From assembly GCF_006345805.1 (NCBI RefSeq), contig NW_021826031.1, positions 558,001-622,000 of the forward strand: a DNA stretch of 64,000 bases. The letters are read 5' to 3'. The stretch is from Octopus sinensis. Lineage: Eukaryota. A model generated the notes under the pieces. The model was given only the letters and a program-made list of their open reading frames with translations. It was not told the DNA's origin and searched no databases. How positions within the stretch are numbered: the stretch's first letter is position 1; every line of letters starts with the position of its first letter. Of this stretch, positions 1 to 12,571 are shown piece after piece. A program made the position numbers and the translations under genes.

Positions 1-59
1 AATCTTTGGAACATAAAATTTTTTTTAGTAAATACAAAAATTCAATAAAGTCAGATCAA

Positions 60-890
60 TTAGTGCAAGAAGAAGAACTGATGGCGATCCTGTTTCCCCT
101 CACTATCGCTTGGGACACGTTCTGGACGAGGCATCTTGTCTCCAGAGGATTGTGTACTCAAGATCTTGAGACGTCCAATACACTTGAGGAAGCATAACGA
201 CTCCTTCCCAATCGATCCCAGGGTTTCGACAGCAACCGGCTGGAAAACGTAACGATCGGTGAGCCCATCATATTTCTTCTTCTTGATGTCCTCTGCTTTA
301 TCCGCGGCTGTGCCGGCATTGCAGGCACATTCCAACATGTTTGGACAAGGAGTCGGAACATGTTGAATCCCATACGAGAGGCTTTCCTTCCAAAAACGGA
401 AAGATGGTCATCCCGTCTGGGCGTTTTCCATCTCCTCGGTCCAAACCAGGTGGTTCCAGCACTGATGGGAATCCGATTGAATCGATAGCTCTTCTTATAA
501 CGTCGTTGAGAGCTGAATGCCTCGGGAATCTACCAGCGCTTTTTCGACAGGAAAGAGGGTGAAGTCCAAATTGATCAATCGATGCACCACAGCGGCATTT
601 GTGTGGTTCACAAACTTTGAGACCGATACGTAGACAGATACCAACTCGTAGTGTGTCAGAATCCAAGAGAGTCCCCAAGCTTCCGATCGGGAAGGCTTCC
701 AACCATTCTCCACTCCCCGTGGACCTCCCGGCAAGCAAGCATGCTCTACGGTGTTGATTCGATGTCTTTAGGAGACTCTCGAACCGACCTTCGCACACAA
801 TCTTGTCATAACTCTTCTGTAAGGACAAGTCCGACGGCAGCTTCGATTCGTTTGCGCTCCAACTGTCAAAGTAGGGAGTCGGTAAAATTA
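60..890 (-). mobile_element. CRE-like non-LTR retrotransposon, 5'-truncated fragment (CCHC knuckle + restriction-like endonuclease)
   Basis: Translation shows HKCRCGASIDQFGLHPLSC...RHSALND, GKRPDG, LVWDSTC, then after a frameshift KKKKY...FQPVAVETLG. Same architecture as the copies at 38.5-40.8 and 49.6-52.7 kb. Confidence 0.85.
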
Positions 891-1137
891 AGAATGATAT
901 TAATTTTATACTGACAAAAATTGAAGATTTGATTTTTAAAACTTGGAATTCAATTTCAACACCAAGGTATTTCAGGTTCTCCGTTACTGTAAACCCATGG
1001 AGGTTTCTCGGCGGTTCTCGTTTAGCTCCCTGTTTGCAATCCAAGTGGTGGTGCACTTTTTGCAAAAATAGTCTGGGTAATTTTTAGCAATTATTTATTT
1101 TTTGTCTATTACGTTTTATTAACCAATTAAGTAAAAA

Positions 1138-2788
1138 TTATTTTATTTTTGAGTAAAATAATAAGTAAATTCTTTTTGAATTTTGAATCTTTTTGAAGTG
1201 AACTCTTGTGAGTTGTTCGTCATTAGCGTTTATCCAGTACTTTTTCCCATTTTCCGAAAATGCCTTAATATAGGCAGTATAGTGTCCTCGTTCCATTGAC
1301 CCAGAGTGGGCAACCGCTCCTGATAATTCATATTTTGCGTCTTTGTTAGACACGCAGTATTCAGACATATCCAATTTCTTATTTATACGTACTGATTGCT
1401 TGTTCTTCACAAATTTCCCATCCATCTAATAAAATTCAAAAACCATGGTCATTACGTAACAAAATCGAATCAAATGAATCACTAGCACGTCGGGGAGAGA
1501 GACCAGTCTTGTCGAGCGGATCCCAGTTGTTTTTACTCCTAAAATACTAAAATAACACAAAAAACCTTCAAAACACTCCGAACACTCAAAGTTGTCAAGA
1601 ACTTCATTTTTTACGAATTCTGAAAGTAGAGAACTGATGCTCTCGATTTGTGAAGTTTGAATGTGACTCAGATCAATTGATTGTTCAGATGGTTCCAATT
1701 GGGTTGTAAAATACGGTGATATTTTGTCCCAAATCCCAATGAACGGCCGAGTGAGGTATTTCGCAGTGCCAACAAATGAGGAATAAGCAGATGCAGTCTT
1801 GACTGGTCTGAACCATTCGTCTGACTGTCCTCTGTTGGGTGTGGCTACGGTAGTGTCTACACTCTTATTTTTGAGTGGCAACGACAGACACGTATATTCT
1901 TCGAGCGACTCACGTGTCTAAATAAGGATGTGTTGCAATTTACATTTTTGCATTGATCGCACTGGTAACTGTTAGTTTGTATGCCTCCAAAAACGCTGTG
2001 GCAAATATCTTTTCGGATAGATTGTGTAAAGAGAAGCCAAAACTCGTGTGCGTCCTGCTGGCTGAATACATCAAAGTAAGGATATCTATGAACGTGTGAT
2101 TAAATGAATACTTCTTGTAGAAGGAAGATATTAGATCGAATGGATTGTGAACATTATTTTTCTCAATTGCTTTATTGGAACTGTCGGAAGACTCTGATTC
2201 CGTGTGATTTGTCATTTCTCGGAAAAAGGAGACAACTGAGTTAGCATATTTGTCGTCCCCTTGTTCCCAATGTTCAATGGCGTTTACAATTGCATGGATG
2301 GTAGTCATACACTACATGTAAATGACAGGACAATACTTGCATCACACTTGCGAAATAACAAGTATTCCCCAAGTTCATAATGGCCTTTTGTAGCGAATTT
2401 GGTCTCGCATAGTTAAACAATTTTATTTCGGCATTTTCAATTTCTATTTGCGTTTGTTCTGTATAAATTTTGTGATTTTTTTGATAGTCTATTTTGGTTA
2501 TTGATGACATTTTTATTGTTTTTTTAAAAATTTCTGTTTGCATTTTTTCTTTTGATTTGAATCTTGCTCGTTTTCCCATTTAGCCGTTGAAGTGATTTCA
2601 TACATATATAAAAAAATTAGGAAGGAAGCACTTTCTTTCCTTTTTCGGCTTGGGGTAAAGTTCACCAAAAAAAGGTAAAAACCCCAACAAGACTCTTCAT
2701 CTTCTCCAGAGAGTCTTGTTGGCGATCGCCCGAAGGAACATCCAGGCCATCTTATTGTCTGCTTATAATTACTGGAATTAGGCATCAA
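1138..2788 (-). CDS. Ubiquitin carboxyl-terminal hydrolase (USP/peptidase C19), multi-exon; 5' end uncertain
   Basis: Cys box IMNLGNTCYFASVMQ|C after removing a 25-nt GT-AG intron (2312-2336). QQDAHEF is restored by a 26-nt intron. LPDVLVIHLIRF, His box AVAHSGSMERGHYTAY and YLLFY precede the stop at 1138. Confidence 0.85.
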
Positions 2789-3074
2789 GAAAGGAATTAA
2801 ACAAAAGATTTAGGAAATAAATTTTTATTTGAAAGTGTTTTTTTTATTTCTACAATAACTTTATATTTGAACGTTACTTGATGAATTTAGAATTATCTTA
2901 CTCAATATCGAATATTAAAATATTTATCTTAAAAATATAGGTAAACGATGAATACCAGCAACGAGAATAGAAAAAGCATCAGTTTTAACCTCAGCTAAAC
3001 GCTTTTCTCTGTTTTTTAATAAAATTTTATTCAGATTTGACAAAGTTCCATTGTTTTAACAATCATCACAGAAG

Positions 3075-5400
3075 TCTGTACAAGCAAACTGCCTTTAGGC
3101 AAGCATTACGCAGTTTGGCTCGAGACAGTTTTTCCTCAAAAAGCGAGAAACAGTGACCGGTTGATCGACCAGGTCTAGATCTCTACTGTTTTTCCGTGAG
3201 TACAGTGAACCCTCGCAAATTGGCCATTTTTGGTACATACAAATTTTATGGCCAATTTGAGAAATGGCCAATTGAAAAAAAATCAATACTTAAAAAAATA
3301 AAATAAACACGTTTAAATTTTCTTTTTATTGGCTCTTTTTAACTTTGCTTTGTAATTTCTTATTGCAGTAATGAGCGAAACATCATTCTCATTTTCTGCA
3401 TTACAGTAAAGTTCCCTTTCTATTTTAGTTAATCTTCTTGCAATATCTTTTCTATCGAGTGGATATATGATTTTTGTCTTCTCGTCGCTACCTTCAGACT
3501 CTTGTAAACAATTTTCGTTTATATTTTGATCTTCTGTGCATTCGACTAAGAAAATTAATTTTTTTCTTAGTAAATTGTGAAAAAAATGGCCAATTTGCGA
3601 GGGTTCACTGTATATTATTTTGCCCAACTTAAGTCGATAAACAAATAAAAGCGATTCTTTCCATTATCTTCGAGATTGTACAGATAAAGCAAATTGGCCT
3701 ATAGCTTCCTATCTGCGTATTCGGTTTTCCAGGTTTTGGGATTATTCGGACGACTGTTCGTTTCCAGTCAGCTGGAACATGACCATTGTTTAAACTAGCA
3801 TTGAATATTTTTACCAGGATTAACGCAAGATCCCTGGGATTTCATAAGTTTCTTAGATGCGAATCTATCCAGAAAGGCCGCTATATGCGTTCATAGGACC
3901 ATATCAAAACGATTAATATTTTCACTTGTGGACATGTGCATGTAGGAGAGGGTTCCAAGACTGCACCTATGTATATGTTGAATATGGGACATTGCACATG
4001 AGGCACATCGTACCCGGGAAGACATCTGACAACAACGTCGTGGACGTGCGCAACAACATTGACTGGGGCAAATAGTCACTGCCAATGTCCAGTTCTATCC
4101 CGAGCCTGTCGCAAAAGAGGCTGACAGAGGCAAAAGATAAAAATAGTCCGTCTCTGAAGCAAAAATGATTGAGTTCTTCAGAAGTCCAAACATTAAGGTC
4201 ATATTTCCTCGTGATCTTTAGTAAAGCCATCCATCTTAATTAGAGGTCTCACGTCCATAAGCAGTATTTTTTGCATTGAGATCTCCCGTAAGAATCTCAT
4301 TATCTTCAAAGAATTTCCTGATCACATCAAAGTAGTTTCTTAGGTCCTTTGAGTACATTGCACCGATCGTTATCCATCCAATAAAAGTTAAGAGTTCTAA
4401 TGCGATCAGTTCGCATCGGTTCTCTTCAAAGATCCTTAAATTCTTTACAAAGATGTTGGCTTTGTAGTAAAGTGAGGTTCTCGGAACCGCCTTTGTCTTC
4501 CATGAAATATGAAAGGATCTGTAGCCTTCGAATTTGATGTGCCGAGATCCATTCATTTTAGGTTTCATAAACAATCAAAATATCTGTCGTCGCCAAAGTC
4601 AGAAGGGACCTCAGCTCCGTTGTCCGTCTCGTGAGAAAACGGGAATTGATAAGCGTTATCACGCTCACACTTGATTTTGAAGACGGCTACCCTAGTGCCT
4701 GGGGGCCGCCCGTCTTTGTAAAAGAGTTTTTTTCTGTTTTGGTTCAAGTGGGGTTAGCAAGATATCCTATGCATCAAGTGGAGATGAAAGTGTTAATATT
4801 ACCTTCTGGATCGGATTTCCTTCTCCGTACCTCAGCCTTTTCCGGTAGACAATCGTTCCCTCCCAGATTTTTAGGATCAGCACTCCAGATTCCAGCCTGA
4901 TCAGGGAGTTAATTTTTTCCTGGACGACGATTCATCCCTTCCGGAAGGTATTTCAACTTGTTTCGGCTTGAGTTTTCCCCCACTGACGTTCGAGAACTTA
5001 TTTATTTGGAAGCCTTTTGCAAAAGGGCAACCTTTCTACTTCGCTTAGTGATCCGATAAGCAGCAGTTAACACACGTTCTATAGTACTCAGGCTCGGAGT
5101 TGCACTGGTTCCAAACCATAGACAGCGCTTCTGTTCCCTACAGAAATTGCGATATGCCCAAATTTCTGAAATCTGAAGCATTGGACTTTCGGTTTTTTTA
5201 ATCATCCGAATGAAATTTCCTTGAAACCCATCTTCGTTGCCAATCTGACCACAGATTGGGCTTCGATCTTGTTCTGCATCGTGAGTTTTGCCATCGGAAG
5301 TGGCACCCGCTTACGGACGAATCTCTCTGCCTTGAAACCTGGAGAGATTGAACGGGATATTGATCTGTTGGTATCAAATTAAAAAAATTCGCGATTCCGC
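3075..5400 (-). mobile_element. Degraded APE-RT LINE, 5' portion (ORF1 remnant, APE, start of RT), split by a MITE
   Basis: APE motif ILTGDLNAKN (4236-4574). RT PGKPNTQIGSYRPICFICTISKIMERI near 3650-3740 resumes after the MITE as LTEKQ.RSRPGRST...KAVCL near 3085-3200. Confidence 0.75.
3203..3610 (-). mobile_element. Tigger/pogo-derived MITE (internal deletion derivative of the element at 47957-53920)
   Basis: TIR CAGTGAACCCTCGCAAATTGGCCATTTTT at both ends with TA duplication (3201-3202, 3611-3612). Residual ORF 3313-3627 matches the transposase C-terminus at 48120-48353. Confidence 0.9.
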
Positions 5401-5431
5401 TACAATTGTAAGAAACATTACAAAATAACTA

Positions 5432-6306
5432 TCGATGGCTGGAGAGCTTCTTGTCAGGAAGACAATCATTTGTCCGCTGTGGAAACCGCCTATCGGGGTG
5501 TGTGGAACTTAGAAGGGGAGTCCCGCAGGGATCTATCTTGAGTCCACTTCTGTTCAACCTCTTCTTGGCGGACATTCCTCTGCCGTCGACACGTACTGGC
5601 AAGCTCGTTATCTATGCTGACGATATCCTGGTCATGGATACCTCGAAAAGGATATCGCAGTCTTGGAGACGACTGAAATCATACATTGCAACGCTAAAGA
5701 TGTGACTATAGAGAAGGGTTTGACCCAAGCACCGGAGAAGAGCACCATTTCATGGTTGCGGAGAGGGAGTCGCTATGCGGAGTCTTGTGCATATGCGATG
5801 AGTAGCTATGTGATGGATCTCTCGAAAAGAAAAAATCTTTCTTACCTGGGAGCAACCATTAACTGTCGTGGCTCGTACGTAGAGCATATAGCAAATCAGA
5901 GAAAGAGGAGTGTGAGGATCCTCAAAAGCTTAACCAGGTTCCATCTGGATCCGGAAACGTACATCTACGTATACAAAACGTGTGTGCAGCCAGTCCTCAC
6001 ATATGGCTACGAGGGCTGGTACGGTACGGAGGAGAGTGACTACCTGATCGAACAGTTGGAAAAGACAAGACGTTTCGCTATGAAATTGGCTTACGGAGTA
6101 CAACTTGACGGAAGGCTAAAAGACTCACAAGAATCCTCTGTGCCCACGATCCGGATGGTCTTGGAGAATTGTCGTCAAACATGACTAGTATTGGGGATAC
6201 GCATGGAAAGAGACACTTCGGTGCCTTGTTTTTATCTCCCCGCCGATGTTTTTCTTCCTTGTTTTTCTTTTTCTTTTTGCTCAATAAACACTATTCTATT
6301 CTATTC
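5432..6306 (+). mobile_element. 5'-truncated LINE (RT C-terminal half + tail)
   Basis: RGVPQGSILSPLLF, YADD, YLG motifs and a (CTATT)n tail. Perfect 13-bp TSD TACAAAATAACTA at 5419-5431 and 6307-6319. Confidence 0.9.
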
Positions 6307-7118
6307 TACAAAATAACTAATAAACAATGTCGTGAACGAATGCGGAAACTGACAAATTTGTCGATAATATCTATAAAGAAAATTTAGACTGTACTCGCAA
6401 ATGGAAAACATACAAAATACATTTTTTTAATCAAAATAAATTTGAGAATCACTAAAATAAAAGTAAAATCAAAAACTAACATTGATAAATTTAGTTTATT
6501 CAAGAATAAAAGATCATTAAATATGAATGAGAAAACATACATCAAGTCGTTGACAATTAAAAAAGGAGTCAACGAATATAAAAAGAATATAATAGTCTCC
6601 GTTAAAAACAAAATTCTCCCATTACAAAAAAATATTGAGCTGGATAGTAGGCTAAATGGTATTTACCCCCGTTTTGAGACAATTGTTCCTTGTACAGTTT
6701 CAGATTATGAGTCAAGAATAAAGTTTATTTACCCATACTTTCTCTTCCAAATTTTTCAAAAATGATAAAAAAACGTTTTTTATCAATCTCTACTTTTCCT
6801 ATAAGACTAAATCGATACAAATCGATTCAAAATGAACTGTCAAACTTTTTCCAATTAAATTTTATTCATTAACATGACAATTTGTGAAATAAGCTTAAAG
6901 AGGGGCATACCAAAGTTTTTATTGCCTCCACTGAGAGCAGTAGCCATACAGAAGCCTCATCGGTTGGATTAAGTTTCTTTCCTATAATTGGTGACTTAGT
7001 TGATCGAAAATATTATTTATTTAATTAATAAGAAATTTCAATAATATTGATTAATTAAATTTCAGCAATAAATACGCAAGCGGTAAAATATTAATCAAAA
7101 CGCAGCGACATAATTAAT

Positions 7119-7854
7119 GGGATACTTTCTTTCAACTCGTACCTTCATTCATTCAAATTTCCTTAGAAATTGACAAACTGAGATTGATGTGGAAACTCTT
7201 GGCCATAAATTCCAGCCATGACCTGACGGACCACCAATTGAATTTGGTCATGACTGCTTTCCTTCGACTTGCCTCCCCAAGTCCTGAATTCAAACTGATT
7301 TTATCAAAAATTCTATGTCTGGAAGGATGGATGATCTCCCTACTCTTTGAACTGGGCAAGTTGTGATGGACTGACTGTTATAATTTCCCAATAAACTGTT
7401 ACCTCAATAGTGTAAGACTGCAAACCACAAATTGATTAATAATTGGAAACCGATATTTGGTGTAATATTAATTGACCAATCTATTGAGACATTCGATATA
7501 ATTTCATTTTTGTCCAAAGTACATTCGAAAAAGTCAATTTCACTAAAATGTAATCAGCTTTGTGTTCTAATCCTCTGTCAAAATCGGATTTTAGTTTATT
7601 CAAATAAATATTAATAGGCCAGGATTCATGTGCCTAAACATTTTATGTTAAACAAATTCGATTCCCCGTTACATCACTCGCCTTCTCAGTTCTTCATTTT
7701 TAAGTTTGATGAATTGATCCCTGTGATCCAGGAGCAGCAACCACCAGTTCGTCCGGTAATATCCACCCTGAACGGGGACTTCTCTCCAAGTCTTTGTGAC
7801 CTAAGTAAAGAATACCACGCTCTCTACCTAAAGATAATCTTTCTTAAGGAATAA
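7119..7854 (+). CDS. Hypothetical multi-exon gene, no recognisable domain
   Basis: ATG at 7119. Short ORFs (7184-7366, 7432-7614, 7630-7854) can be partly joined by 28-nt and 24-nt GT-AG segments; one junction is unresolved. Convergent with TMX2. Confidence 0.35.
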
Positions 7855-7929
7855 AACCTAGCGTAATCACTCTGACATATATAATAAAATTAGACTAATG
7901 TAGAATGTTTATTAATCAGTTAACTTAAA

Positions 7930-8782
7930 TTAATCATTGAAAATTCGCTGCAAGTGGAAAGTCTCAATAACCATAGACTACGTAATATATACAAAACACA
8001 AACCTCGGTAATACAATTCGCCTGTCCATAGGACAAACGGTGTGCTCGAATGACTGGGATTCTGGCCTTCTCTACGCCCCCCTTAAACAAAATGACAGTC
8101 GGAAGTTGTTTAGTCCACACGGAAGTATCAATTTTATATTTTTCGGATTCCTGGGGGTTTTGGGCAACGTCGATCCTTCCAAATTTCAGATTCTCTTTGT
8201 GGAAACGATTTGACAAAGAATCCATGAGTTGTGAGAATCGCCAACAAGGCCCACACCACGAAGCGTAGAATTCGACGACCCAATAAAGGGCTGGGGACCT
8301 CATTCCCTCCACCTGTGACTTAAAGGTTATTCGATTGAGTTGGACGACTTTGGAGGTGGCACGTGGCTTGAGGGACAACACATATTTCTGGAGTAGACCA
8401 GAAAGGACACAAAAAATGACGTAGACCACAAAGTGGGGCACAGATTTAAGGAAAAATAAGCATGCTGATCCAATTCGGGAAATATTATTGAATTTGTCAA
8501 GGGAGTCATTTAAGGTACCTCCAAATAACATTTGAAAGACTTACCCTGCCTCCGTGCTCGCATAATGCCATAGACGACGGTGGCAAACAAGATTTGACAC
8601 TCCATCTAAACAGTAGGCCTGCATAGACAAACCATGTCAAAAATATCCACACTTAAAGGGCCATTAGTTAAGAGTAGTTTGAAAGGAATGTAGAAAGAGG
8701 ACACGACCACGTCGATTGTCACTGCCAAGTAATCTGCATTTTTTGACAGACGGTCGCCCCAATATTTTATGTATTGAGTCAT
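7930..8782 (-). CDS. TMX2: Thioredoxin-related transmembrane protein 2 orthologue
   Basis: WVVEFYASWCGPC...KFGRIDV...KYKIDTSVWTKQLPTVILFKGG matches the TMX2 signature. N-terminal hydrophobic segments; three introns of 27, 26 (8519-8544) and 26 nt (7978-8003). Confidence 0.9.
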
Positions 8783-8905
8783 CACACCTAATCGACTGTC
8801 ATTTTAAATAAAATCATTATCTAAATGTTAATTCTTTTATTATATAAATATTTATTTACATTGGACTAGTCGAGATTGAGTCATTTGAATATGAAATGGT
8901 TAGAC

Positions 8906-9980
8906 CCGCGGTTCTCACCGTGTCCCCGGGGACCACTAGTGGTCCCCAGAAAATTTTTAGTGGTCCCCAGGAATTTTCGAAAAATAAAATAATATTAAAG
9001 TTAAAACTAATTGTACATTAAGTATAAATCAAAAACAGAAATTAATCAAGCGGTTCTCAATCGTGGGTCCCCAAAATTTTTAGTGGTCCCCAGGAATTTT
9101 CGCAAAATATATTAATTAAATTAAAACTAATTGTACAATTAAGTATAAATCAAAAACATTGAAATTAATCTGATTTGATTAGCGTGGTTTATCATTCTAG
9201 TTATGGTTAACAAGAATCGTCGTCTTTGGTCGGATTCTTACGTACAATTTGGATTCACTAAATTCATTGCCCCAAATAATGAAATAAAGGCAAAATGCAT
9301 GATTTGCCATAAAATTTTGGGAAACAATTCACTGAAACCTTCTCAACTTAGGCGCCACAAAGAGTCGGTACACCCAGAAAATTCCTGTTGAAGACCCAAT
9401 TCCAAACTGGATCGTTCAGCCTTTTTTGACCTCATTTAAAGAATATCAGGACTCAATTTTCAGCAGAGCTTGATTGAACTTCAATGTAATCAGTCTGCTC
9501 AGATTATTTCAATTGTACTTCATTATTAGATTTTTGGTATTTTCATTAATAATACTTTTTTATTGTTAGGTGTCAGATGCGAAAGAATTCCCCATTTTGA
9601 GTAAAACTGCATTGGAATCAATACTTGCATTCCCCACTACTTATCACTGTGAAATGGCGATGTCGTGTCTGACTTTTCTAAAACCAAAATATAGAAATAG
9701 ACTACGTACAAGATGATATGCAGTAGCTTTGTCGAACATGAGCCTGATAAGTAAATTATTCTGAGCAACAAGATCAGAAATCTCACTAAATACTATTAAT
9801 TTCTGTTATTTTCATATGTTCATTTATTTTTATAATAAATATTCGAACATGTCTAAACCTGGCCCTGGCGAGGCCAAAATTGTGCGCTAATACCAAAAAA
9901 TGTTTATTTTATTTAAGGTGGTCCCACAAAATTTTATAGTGCAAAAGTGGTCCCCAGTCTAAAAAGGTTGAGAACCGCTG
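8906..9980 (+). mobile_element. hAT (Buster/Charlie-like) internal deletion derivative with duplicated left end
   Basis: TIR C(A/C)GCGGTTCTCA; near-TSD GGTTAGAC/TGGTAGAC (nnnTAnnn). BED finger ORF 9203-9391 (CMIC...LRRHKESVH) is fused to the dimerisation region (FPTTYHCE). About 130 bp of the left end is tandemly repeated at 9048-9170. Confidence 0.9.
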
Positions 9981-10029
9981 TGGTAGACGATACCTCTCCG
10001 GGAAAATTAATGGACAAGATACATCTGCG

Positions 10030-10960
10030 ATCGGCGAGCAAAGATTATACCTAACAATTTTGGAAGAGGATTGACTTCAATTTCTCTTCTAAATGAACGT
10101 ATGCTTTTGGGATTCCTTATGAACTTAAAAAACCGAAGTAGTGTCTGCAAAAGAAGCTTCTCGATTTTTCAGGCAGAAATGCTAGAAAAAACTTGTCTGG
10201 CCACTATTGAAGAATACTTTAAGCAGAAATATCTACTTGAAAAATCAGTTTTAATTATCAAAAAACTGAACAAGTATCTACTGAACCAGATTTTATCAAA
10301 ATGTCTCATTCCGTCCTGTACATTCTGTTACTTATGTTCCAGGAGGTTTATGATATTTGAATAATGACTAGAACGATTTTTTTACCCCGATTTTTTTTCC
10401 AATTTATTTAAAAAATAAAAAAATTAACCCAAAAAATTAATTTTATAACTAAACAATAATAACACCAAAACTGTTTTTTACACATACAAATTACATAATT
10501 TTCTAAATTTTCTTGTACAACATTTTGCTTGGATTTTAGAAAACTCTTTATTTGAGACAAAGTTCTTCAACCAAGAAAGAGGTCGGCGGACAATTAAGGA
10601 GTTAAATACTCGGCGGAGATATGTGTGAATTAGTCATGCTAATTATGTTTGAAATATCATTTTTAAGCCTTTTATCAAGAATAGCAATAGCTCAAAACAC
10701 ATTAAGTAGAATCTATATTTGCGAATGAAAAGATTGAAATCAGGGTGAATACATTTATAAAGATTGATATCGTCTTAAAACATAACAAATCCGATTTCTT
10801 CGTGTTCGAAAAAAATGAAGAATCAAAATTTTTTGGTTGAAGTTGGGATAACATCTTCCAAAAATTTACAAGTGGAGATTGAAAATATAACTTTTTTCAA
10901 AGTGCTGGAATTAATTTATTGTGCGAGAGTAAAAATAGTACCCATTCTATTAATCCGGGA
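10030..10960 (+). mobile_element. Highly degraded R4/Dong-like retrotransposon C-terminal fragment
   Basis: GRGLTSISLLNERML...TIEEYFKQKYLL and EKIEIRVNTFIKIDIVLKHNKSDFFVF...LVEVGIT align by eye with the element at 54-59.9 kb (GRGLSNIVHLSERIL; HNRPDIVV...IVEVGIT). Confidence 0.55.
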
Positions 10961-11144
10961 TTATCGACAGTGTCTGCCGGCACCTTGAATGGAAAGATGC
11001 GGGCTTGCCTACCTGAATCACTGTGCGAATGGAAGATGTATTGACCAGAAGGACAAGATTATTTAATTAACACTTAGCTTTAAATTGATAATATACTTTT
11101 TGAATTAAATATTTATTATTTTATAGCGATAGTTATTATAATGG

Positions 11145-12404
11145 TCATTTTTCTTGTCTTCCTTGAATAATCTTGAGGTACGCTTTCAGACTATAAAAAC
11201 GTTTTTTCTCATTGTAAAGTTGATCCACGAGAGACTGATTCATTTCATTTAGACTTTGAATCAGAACGTCCGAACAGCTCTTTCTGTCTGATTCCTCTGC
11301 ATTGAGGTTCAAGTCAATCTGTTTTTTGAGTAGTTTGACGAGGGCTTCATTCTTTTTGATCTCGGATACCAGGTTGATCTCTACCATTTAAAAAAATACC
11401 AACGGAAATTGCACAATTCATCTCTAAATGCGTTTTTGATGTCTCCGTTTTGCATATTTTCTTCAAACTATCAATAAATTAACAAAATATCCTGAGTCGG
11501 ATCATTCAGAGTTTCAAGCGACAAAAAATCGTTTCTCGTCCCGGAAACTTCACCTTCAAATGACTTAAAGCAGTCCTCTGCAAACGTGGTCCCGGAGTGC
11601 TCTCCCTGAAAGAAATTGCCATCCACAATTCTCCAAAAAACATCGAAATTTATTGATATTTCTCTGGAAAAAATGAACGTAAGTTCGTGGAGGGACATTT
11701 TCGTGTGTTGAACCTTAAATCGAAAAGTCCAATCGAACAAATTTTCCGACGAACCGAAGGTGTCTGACGAGAGCAGTGAGGACTCGGTGGTTGGGGACGG
11801 GAAGACGAGCAATGATTTCATCGATTGCTTGGTCAGTGGCCTTGGAGGATAATTCTGGAATATTAAGTTTACTGACCATTGAGAGGGACAATTTGTGTTC
11901 CAAACAAAGTTCCAGGAATTTTAGAAATGAACAGTTTGAGGGACGTGGCGGCGGCGTTGACTGAATAAAGTGTGAGGTCGACGTCCTGGTGGCTTTCATA
12001 GGAGTCCTTTATAAGCTCGGCATCGACCAGGAGGTCTTCAAAGTACAAATACTTTGTGCTGAGGACTAATAAAAGTTTATCAATAAACGTGGGAATACTA
12101 TTTTGTTCGATGTGGTTTATAAAGTCGACGTAGAAATGAGGGAGATGATGATCAGGGTCGCTGTAAAAGGAGACCAGGTCATCGAGATTATGTGAGTAAA
12201 ACGAGGAAGACTTTTTCAACTTAATTTTAAATGAAGAAAATGCGCGTATTTTGAATTTCTAAATTATGTTAAATAGGCCAGTATTTTAAATTACCTTTTT
12301 TTGTTTTGTCTGATCGTCCTCCAGTAGTTTCTAGATGAAAATAAATCAGGAATACATTTTTATTGCTATTAAACTGTTATTGTACAAGTAAACCTGATTT
12401 TCAT
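11145..12404 (-). CDS. RALBP1: RalBP1/RLIP76-like RhoGAP with C-terminal coiled coil; 5' end tentative
   Basis: LPHFYVDFINHIEQ, SLKLFISKIPGTLF, RLPVPNHRVLTALVRHL, TKMSLHELTFIFS and C-terminal LYNEKKRFYSLKAYLKII resemble RLIP76. Introns of 33, 22 (11855-11876), 25 and about 23 nt. Confidence 0.72.
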
Positions 12405-12571
12405 GAAGAGATTAATGTAACTACAAATGCTGGTTAATAGTTAATGACATTACTTTATGTAGGCTACTAATTATCAAAAAAAGTCTTACTAATTATTCTT
12501 AATAAGTTTTATACTTTCTCTAAAATAAGAATTCAAAAATAAATTGTTTATTTATAATCAAAGAACCTCAT

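Noticed and set aside
298-1065. 255-aa ORF as an intact gene
   Set aside because: It is flanking sequence running in frame into a 5'-truncated CRE fragment; no ATG start and no RT.
3075-6306. Twin-priming 5' inversion (inverted 5' half followed by sense 3' half of one LINE)
   Set aside because: The sense piece has its own 13-bp TSD (5419-5431, 6307-6319), so it is an independent insertion.
6442-6765. 107-aa Lys/Asn-rich ORF
   Set aside because: No ATG, low complexity, no recognisable motif; could be an exon but unsupported.
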